A stretch of 64,000 bases of DNA from a virus: positions 322,022-386,021 of IMG/VR virus record IMGVR_UViG_3300022744_000001. One strand, 5' to 3'. The notes beneath the pieces are model-generated. The model was not told the origin of the DNA, did no database searches, and saw nothing but the letters and a program-made list of their open reading frames with translations. Shown here in pieces: positions 57,551 to 64,000 of the stretch. Within the stretch, counting starts at the first letter, position 1. Each line of letters opens with the position of its first letter. The translations under genes and the position numbers were made by a program.

Positions 57551-59155
57551 TCAGAGGCCCGTCGAGAACAGCTTGCCCTTTTCAACCAGCAAGGCCCTCT
57601 CAGAGTCCGTTAGCCCTCGACCCATGAATTTAGAACATGCATCGAGGTACCTATTTACATCTGGGTATCGACCGGTGCCGCCAACTGCGACCACGGTCCT
57701 ATAAACTCTAGCCTCACCGGCCATTGACGCTCTCTTCTGGATTCGCCCCATAAGACGATCCGCGACGAGGATCTCCGAACCGGTGAACCTGTTCGCCTTA
57801 CGGACAAGTTCCCATCCCCCTTTGGAGTAAAGGATCATTGCCGCAAGGATACTGCGTGCTTTCTCAGCATCGCTAACGCTGGCGACCACGGTCTGTGCTC
57901 GCTCGCGCCACTCAACAAACTGCAAGGCAGACTTGATGAGGGACTCGTTGGATTTGTTCTCGTCGAGGACTGACTTTGTCTTCTCGGCCTCAGACTGAGA
58001 AATCTGGTCCTTGACCTTCTCAGTGACCTTGTCCACGAGCGTGTTGTAGAGGTCATCCACGTGCTTTTTGAGAGGGTCAGTTGGCGCCTTCGATTCCTGC
58101 GAAGGCGCATTCATCCCGTCATCAAAAGCTGCGAGTTGACCCAACCGCTCACGACGAGCCAGGGCGGCTGCTTCCACCGCGACATTGGGTTTCGACGCCT
58201 TGAGGTACCCAATGGAGGGCCCTTCGTAGAGATACGCAGAACCGTCCGAGGGGACCACCTGCTGAGGCTGCCAACGAGCTGCCTTCTGGATGGCGTTGGG
58301 GTCAGCCACTTCAACCGGCATCTGGAAAGCCGCCTGCATCTTGTACCCGGCCATTTCAGCGGCCTTGGGGTCCAGAATATTGCGGAGAACAGCACCCTTG
58401 AATGCAGGGTTTGCAACCCAAGAGGCTTCAATGAATTTCACCGACCCGGGCTCGGTCGCGATGTGACCGCAGAGTTCAGCGATCTTCCGCCGCTGGCCTG
58501 CACCGTCGAGGAAGAAGTTGCCCTTCTCATACTTGATGTGACGGCAAAGTTGAGTTTCATCTTCGGCCACGTTCCCGCACTTGGTGCAGATGGTGAACGA
58601 GACCTGGCAACCCATGGACAGGGTGCCGAGCTGACCGCTTGTGATGGCTCCAATGAGCGCACGATGCTTGCGCTCCGTTGCCACGAGGATGTCGATGTAG
58701 ATCGAGTCCCCGATATCACGAGCCGCCGCGTCAATGATTCGACCCTTGCTCAGCTCCGGAATCTGAACGTGCTCGACGTAGTTCTGACCTCCCACGAAGG
58801 TGCGGAACGAAGCCAGGAGCAGCTTGCGCTCGAACGCATCGTGGTTGTTGTTGACGTACTTGGTAGAGCCAACGCCAACGTAAAAGTCAGGGTACTTCCG
58901 GTCAACCTGCACCCCATCAAAAAGGTGCTTGCCCAGGGGCATACCCATGGGTGACTCGGTATCGACCGAAGCCACAATCGTGCAGTGACTCAACAGATAC
59001 TGAGTAGGGTCATATTGGCCCAGTACAACCTGCGTCGCCCGCCTCATCTCAAAGGTGGACGACGGGCTCACCGCCGCATGACGAATCTGCTCCCAACCAT
59101 CGTGAGTGATCACGGGGTTGATAACGGCTGCCTTGGCGTACTTGGAAAAGGCCAT
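57551..59155 (-). CDS. Prohead maturation protease with Zn-finger insert
   Basis: NNNHDAF...NYVEH (His)...SKGRIIDA...LSMGC (Ser)...CTKCGN...CRHI...FIEASWVANPAF: HK97-type protease layout. Confidence 0.88.
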   Translation of the reverse strand: MAFSKYAKAAVINPVITHDGWEQIRHAAVSPSSTFEMRRATQVVLGQYDPTQYLLSHCTIVASVDTESPMGMPLGKHLFDGVQVDRKYPDFYVGVGSTKYVNNNHDAFERKLLLASFRTFVGGQNYVEHVQIPELSKGRIIDAAARDIGDSIYIDILVATERKHRALIGAITSGQLGTLSMGCQVSFTICTKCGNVAEDETQLCRHIKYEKGNFFLDGAGQRRKIAELCGHIATEPGSVKFIEASWVANPAFKGAVLRNILDPKAAEMAGYKMQAAFQMPVEVADPNAIQKAARWQPQQVVPSDGSAYLYEGPSIGYLKASKPNVAVEAAALARRERLGQLAAFDDGMNAPSQESKAPTDPLKKHVDDLYNTLVDKVTEKVKDQISQSEAEKTKSVLDENKSNESLIKSALQFVEWRERAQTVVASVSDAEKARSILAAMILYSKGGWELVRKANRFTGSEILVADRLMGRIQKRASMAGEARVYRTVVAVGGTGRYPDVNRYLDACSKFMGRGLTDSERALLVEKGKLFSTGL

Positions 59156-59158
59156 ATT

Positions 59159-59878
59159 TCAGAACCAGGTGTGGGGTTCCCCGTTGGGAGCCAAGACAGA
59201 AGGTGGATCGATGAGGTAGAGACACTTGGGGCAAGCGAACAACTTGTGCTTGGCTCCCTTGTTCATCCTGTAGGTCGCCCGACGCATCTTGGTCGCGCAC
59301 TTGGGGCATGCGGGCTTGCCGCACTTGAGGTCCTCGGCCGTTGCACGGTACTGCCGGTTCTGGGCCACCCAATACGCCGCGGTCCTTGCCGCATGTGCCT
59401 CGATACGCAGGTCTCCTGCGTTCCTGGCAAATGCGTAGAACTTAGCGACCTCATTCCGGAGTGCCTCATCATTGATGTTGGGCTGGTACGTCCGGTAGAG
59501 GTCGTCGTATGCCAGCACCTCGCTCGCTCCTTTGTGCCAGGAACGAGCAAGGTCAACATACAACGTCGGAGGGAGTTCCCGATGGCTCCACTGGCTCGAG
59601 GCCGACGCCTGCTTCCTTGCCTTCTCAATCTCAACCGAGTAGTAGCTCTGGTCGAAAGTGGGAGGCAGGAACCGGATGAAGTTCGGGTTGACTCGAACCA
59701 CATCGTCAGGGAAGACCCGTTCGTTGCCGAACGGCCACTGAACATCGAGGACCCCAAGGCCCTTGTGTACCGCAGTCACGCTACCGGCGTACGGGGACAG
59801 GTCGCCCGTGGTGACGTTGATCTTTTGGACCACGTCACCCTGGCTGAAGTCCTTCGTAAGCTTCCAGTAGTCGATCAC
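59159..59878 (-). CDS. Head-region protein with C-terminal zinc ribbon
   Basis: SH3-like N-terminus (YAGSVTAVHKGLGVLDVQWPFG); CPKC...CPKC. Confidence 0.75.
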   Translation of the reverse strand: MIDYWKLTKDFSQGDVVQKINVTTGDLSPYAGSVTAVHKGLGVLDVQWPFGNERVFPDDVVRVNPNFIRFLPPTFDQSYYSVEIEKARKQASASSQWSHRELPPTLYVDLARSWHKGASEVLAYDDLYRTYQPNINDEALRNEVAKFYAFARNAGDLRIEAHAARTAAYWVAQNRQYRATAEDLKCGKPACPKCATKMRRATYRMNKGAKHKLFACPKCLYLIDPPSVLAPNGEPHTWF

Positions 59879-59892
59879 GTGGGTACCTCAGT

Positions 59893-62520
59893 TCAAGGGG
59901 CGAGGGGGCGACCGGTCGTGGACTTGCCCGTCTGGACGGCCTGGCTCTGGTCGTCCGCGAACTGGCTCATGTAGCCCTCGTCCGAGTCGGTCTGGAGAGG
60001 AGCCATGGGGGCGTTGAACGTACCCATGTACTTCTCATCCGAGTCCTGCTGAAGGACGTGGGCCTGCTTGAGGACGTGGGCCTGACGCTTCTGCAAGGAA
60101 TCCGGGCCGAAAGCCGCCACTTCGACCTCATCCGCCGTACGGTCAAGACCGTTCACAAGATTCTTGGCAACCTCGAAAGGCATGCCCCAGTTCTTGTGCT
60201 CGGCCTGGATGACCTCGGCCATCTTGTCGAGACGGGAGAGAATACGGTTGGCGTCTTCCTTTGCGAACTTGGTGGTCATGTTTCCCTCTGCGTGCTCAGT
60301 GGAGACTTTCCGGGTCTCACCGTTGTTGGACCCGTCTAAGCGGGGCATCTGCCAACGATCGAAAGGATAAGAAGAATAGGAAGCCTGTTTGGCCACCCCC
60401 AGGAGCTTGTCCCGCTTCTCCCTAACCTCACTCTCATTAGGGGCTGGACGAACAAGACCATATTGAGGCGGTTTGCGCGGGGGGAGTGGGGCGACCGGAG
60501 GTTTACCCTTCTGGTTCTTTTCCCATGCTTTCTTAGACCTTTCGTACCAATCAAGAAGCCGTTCGTAGTCCTTTTGCTTCTTGTCGTACTCGTCCGCTTC
60601 CATGCGAGCGAGATGCCATGAAAGAGCCTTTGCTTTTTCAGGGTTCATACTCGAAACAGCATGTCGAACCCGTACCCGGAAAACCGTCGCTGGGTCCTCA
60701 AGCCCTGCTGCAACATCCTTCGGGTACTTGTCGGACTGCTTCTCGAAAAACGATTGAGCACTCTTGATTTTTGCGTAGATCTCTCGAGGAGAGTCTGCGT
60801 CAGTGATACGGTCAGGCGAATCCGATTGCAGGTACCTGTGCAGCATCGCCCGGTAGTCCTCCCCTTGAAAGGAAGCGACCGCGAGCATCTTAGCCGCAGG
60901 GTCTTTAATTTGATGGAGTGCCTTCGACCGATCCCCAGACGAAGTCACCTGCGGGGTTGACCGAGAAGAGGTACCGAATCGTTCGTTCTCCTCTCCTTCG
61001 GGCTCAGGCTCAGCAGAAGCTTGCACGAACAGGTCACGGGATTTCTCCTGTGCTTTCCTCATGCGCTCTTCGGGGTTATCCCCACTCGTGGACATCATGA
61101 AATCCACTACGCGAGCCGCGAGCTTCGGCGGAGTACCCTCGGTCTGGATGGCCTTGATCGCCTGCGAACGAACCGCAAGACGAGCCGCAACCACCCCCAT
61201 CCGGTGCTTCTGTACTTCCTCAGCCTGGTGCTCAGGAGACAGCTCCGAGAGGGGCACCTCTTTACCGGCAACGGTTACCTTCTCCGGAGGTTCAATCTTC
61301 TCGGGATCGAGAGACCAATCCTTCGATTTGGCAATCTCTTTAGCGGCATCTGCGGCCGTCATCGACCCCACTTTGAGATCGTGGTAGTTGCTGATCAGCT
61401 CGTTGATGTCGTCCGGGTGCATGGTGATGAATTTCGCCGCCATGTTTGGCGGGAAAGTGTCAATCACCAACTGCCGAGCCTCAAACAACTCCTCCCTGGA
61501 CGGGACTCGCCGCACAGGCTCCTTGGGTTCCTCCCCCTTGGGCTTCTTTTCGGCCTTGGGCTTCTTTTCTGGTTTCTGCCCCTTGGGCTCCTCTTCGGCC
61601 TGCTCTGGCTTAGCCTCGGACCCAGACTCTGGGGTTTCGGGCTTGGCTTCGGGCTTGGCTTCGGGGGCCCCCTGAGCTGGGGCTGGGGATTCAGGCTTGA
61701 CCTCTGCGGCCGGAGCCTCTGGGCTCTTCGCTGGAGGGGCCTTGGGCTTTTTCGCAGGCGCCGCGGGCTCCTGCTTGGTCAAGACCTTGGTTAGGTCCGA
61801 GATGATCTTCTGGACGTTCGGCGGCGGGAGGGTCTTTGCATCCCCCTTTGGCTCTGGCGCCGTAGGCCCCTCGGGGCCTGCCTTGGCCGCAGGCTCTTCT
61901 ACAGGGGCCGCCACAGGGGCTTCCTTCTTGGGAGCCTTCTTGGGCTTCTCCTTGGGCCTAGAAAAGACCTCCTGGGCCAACTCTTTCAAGTCCCCCAGAG
62001 TCTTCACGCTGGCGGGCAGGTCCTTCTCGAAAACAGAAGCCGGGTAGGCCGGGTTGCCTTCCGCAATCCCGCCTGTGTCCGAGGTTGGGTCGAGCAGCTT
62101 CTTGAGGCGAGACTCGAGAGCCGGATCGTTCTTGATCCGCCCCGCAAAATCCCCTGCCTCCTGCTCCCACTTGCTGTTGGGCTTGTAGACCTCGTACTCG
62201 CCCCCACGCTCCTTAAGCGTGTCCTTCGACACGTCAACGATCTTGCCGTCTTCCTTGCGGCGGACCTTGACCTTGTCGGCCTCCTGGTGATTACGAGCAA
62301 TACGAGCCAGATTGACTGACCCGCCGACGTTCTTGCGGTTCAAGGACAGGTCGGGATCCCGCTTGACGTCCTCGTCATGAAGGTCGGGATCCCGATCAGT
62401 GTCCATCCGCTCACGACGACGGTCATGCCGCGGCGGCTTCTTTTTGGGGAGAGGGCGAACAAGGCGCTCGGCCTCCTCGTCCTCCCGCTCCCCAAGGCTC
62501 TTGGTACCCAGAACGTCCAT
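59893..62520 (-). CDS. Large putative internal head protein, with possible nested C-terminal product from 60279
   Basis: 875 aa, P/A/K/E linker, several KxA motifs; internal promoter-like motif and SD+ATG. Confidence 0.75.
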   Translation of the reverse strand: MDVLGTKSLGEREDEEAERLVRPLPKKKPPRHDRRRERMDTDRDPDLHDEDVKRDPDLSLNRKNVGGSVNLARIARNHQEADKVKVRRKEDGKIVDVSKDTLKERGGEYEVYKPNSKWEQEAGDFAGRIKNDPALESRLKKLLDPTSDTGGIAEGNPAYPASVFEKDLPASVKTLGDLKELAQEVFSRPKEKPKKAPKKEAPVAAPVEEPAAKAGPEGPTAPEPKGDAKTLPPPNVQKIISDLTKVLTKQEPAAPAKKPKAPPAKSPEAPAAEVKPESPAPAQGAPEAKPEAKPETPESGSEAKPEQAEEEPKGQKPEKKPKAEKKPKGEEPKEPVRRVPSREELFEARQLVIDTFPPNMAAKFITMHPDDINELISNYHDLKVGSMTAADAAKEIAKSKDWSLDPEKIEPPEKVTVAGKEVPLSELSPEHQAEEVQKHRMGVVAARLAVRSQAIKAIQTEGTPPKLAARVVDFMMSTSGDNPEERMRKAQEKSRDLFVQASAEPEPEGEENERFGTSSRSTPQVTSSGDRSKALHQIKDPAAKMLAVASFQGEDYRAMLHRYLQSDSPDRITDADSPREIYAKIKSAQSFFEKQSDKYPKDVAAGLEDPATVFRVRVRHAVSSMNPEKAKALSWHLARMEADEYDKKQKDYERLLDWYERSKKAWEKNQKGKPPVAPLPPRKPPQYGLVRPAPNESEVREKRDKLLGVAKQASYSSYPFDRWQMPRLDGSNNGETRKVSTEHAEGNMTTKFAKEDANRILSRLDKMAEVIQAEHKNWGMPFEVAKNLVNGLDRTADEVEVAAFGPDSLQKRQAHVLKQAHVLQQDSDEKYMGTFNAPMAPLQTDSDEGYMSQFADDQSQAVQTGKSTTGRPLAP

Positions 62521-62544
62521 CTACCTGCCCTCGGTACCAATAGG

Positions 62545-63999
62545 TTAGAAGCGGCTGTCCTCTTCCTCCGCAGGAGCGTCCTTCTTGACATCCAACCGAA
62601 GGTATTTGGCCAACTTGTCCGTGACGTTGGTCTTTTCAGCGAGCATTCGACCAACCTCGCCGTAAACCGCACGCACAACCTCGTTGAAGGTGGCGTCGTT
62701 CACCGTGAACATATCGCGCTCAATCTTCTCCTTGGTGTCCGCCGGATCGATGTTGAACATCTCGAGGATGAGGTCGATGGATACCGACCCCTTCTGGTAC
62801 AAGTTGAAGAGGGCGTCGTAGGTGTCCTGGCTGTCACGCAACGCCAAACGCGTGAAACTCAGCGTTGGGTAAAGGACAACTTCCTGGCCCCACTCGTCGA
62901 TCTCCACGAAGCCCTTACGACGAGCGATAGGCTTGAAGAGAGACTCTTCGACGTATTCCTGGATAATCTCCCGGAACAAGAGGTACCTAGTGTTGATGAC
63001 CTCGAGCTTCACGCGGTCGCCCGCGAAAGTGCTCTCTCCGTTGAGCAGAGACTCGGTAACCCCAAGACCTGCGTAGAGCTGCTTGTCCGTGATTTCGTAC
63101 TCGGTGGACAGGTCCAAAAGGCGGTCTCGAGACCCAATCTCCTCCCAATGCACCTCGTAGTTGGTGACGATCGAGTAGTCGGGGTCTACCAACGCCAGGT
63201 CTACCTGCTCGCGCAAGTCATCTGTGTCAACGTCACTGAGGTTCTCGCCCCAAACCACTCGCTTTGGAGTCATCGCGCGGCTGGCGATGAGCGTCTGGGC
63301 CTGACGAAGTTTCTCGCGGTAGTAGAGCGTGCGGAGGCACCGGTCGAGAAGGCTCGCCCCCAGCTCCTCTCCCGCATTTCGACGGGCCGCCAGGTGGTAA
63401 CAGAAGGAGCCTTCATCCGGGTCGGTACCGAGCGGGATGAGCTTGCCCGACTCGATGTACTCCCGAACCTCTTCGGGCATCTCCTCAACCATCTCCTCAG
63501 CCACTTCGTCGCCCGACTTGGCCCGCTCCACCAGTGCACGATCCCGGTCGCTCGGGATGAGTTCAATGCGAACTTTGTCAGTGAAGCTGAACGTAGTGAG
63601 CTTCACCTGGTCGATAGGCAGGATGACCAACCGCGACCACCCCTGGTAGTGCTTCTGGTAGTAGGCCAGCTCCCGATCTTCTCGGTCTGGGCGCTCCTCG
63701 AACACTTCTTCTTCGACCTCTTCTCCAGTGCCGTCTTCCTTGAGCACGGACTTTTTGAGGCGTTGGACGTCATGACCCACGTCGTCAGGCACGTTGACGG
63801 TGGAGTCCTCGGCAAAGATGAACACGTTGCCATCAAGCCAGTAATGGCGGGTAGCCGTGATCAACCTCTGGAAAAGCTTGAGACGCCCGCACATCTGCTT
63901 GAAGAACGACAGGATGTAGTTGGCGTAATGGTCAGCGTCCTTGAACCCCTTGGGTACCTGGGTCGGTTTGGGTTTAGCCAACCGCACCTTCGACATCGG
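62545..63999 (-). CDS. Portal protein (probably 5'-truncated by window edge)
   Basis: HYWLDGNVFIF...SLLDRCLRTL...AGLGVTESLLNGE...LFKPIARRKGF...LYPTLSF pattern; upstream of protease/MCP. Confidence 0.8.
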   Translation of the reverse strand, partial: PMSKVRLAKPKPTQVPKGFKDADHYANYILSFFKQMCGRLKLFQRLITATRHYWLDGNVFIFAEDSTVNVPDDVGHDVQRLKKSVLKEDGTGEEVEEEVFEERPDREDRELAYYQKHYQGWSRLVILPIDQVKLTTFSFTDKVRIELIPSDRDRALVERAKSGDEVAEEMVEEMPEEVREYIESGKLIPLGTDPDEGSFCYHLAARRNAGEELGASLLDRCLRTLYYREKLRQAQTLIASRAMTPKRVVWGENLSDVDTDDLREQVDLALVDPDYSIVTNYEVHWEEIGSRDRLLDLSTEYEITDKQLYAGLGVTESLLNGESTFAGDRVKLEVINTRYLLFREIIQEYVEESLFKPIARRKGFVEIDEWGQEVVLYPTLSFTRLALRDSQDTYDALFNLYQKGSVSIDLILEMFNIDPADTKEKIERDMFTVNDATFNEVVRAVYGEVGRMLAEKTNVTDKLAKYLRLDVKKDAPAEEEDSRF

Positions 64000-64000
64000 A

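Noticed and set aside
1-64000. Stop-codon reassignment, introns or inteins
   Set aside because: Genes tile densely under code 11 with TAA, TAG and TGA all used as stops; no intein or homing-endonuclease motifs noticed in helicase, portal or capsid genes.

Overview
This window is part of the virion-morphogenesis region of a large, GC-rich contractile-tailed (myo-type) phage. Every credible gene is on the minus strand. Right to left the order is: portal (truncated), putative internal head proteins, Zn-finger prohead protease, Q-rich scaffold, decoration protein, HK97-fold major capsid protein (Bxz1/E3-like large-myophage type), HU, modular fibre/Ig-like paralogs, neck proteins, tail terminator, 1425-aa sheath, tube, two chaperone-like genes, tape measure, baseplate initiators (one with an SLT domain), hub, spike, and a >1456-aa baseplate/fibre ORF that runs off the left edge and is missing from the ORF track. 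Several non-structural genes sit inside this block: a volactin-like actin ATPase next to a coiled-coil protein and a Dps-like ferritin, a complete UvrD-type helicase with a long N-terminal extension between sheath and tube, two FmdB-type Zn ribbons, and a permuted NlpC/P60 plus membrane-protein cassette. Best leads: (1) a candidate phage actin system; (2) a recurrent intergenic element, a GC hairpin with no U-tract followed by NARATG repeats (6 copies); (3) two promoter-like motif classes, one apparently leaderless; (4) [KR]-x-A motifs that may be protease/packaging signals shared by head proteins and enzymes. All family assignments come from recognising motifs by eye and from synteny; no searches were run. 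No tRNA, rRNA, CRISPR array or IS element was recognised.
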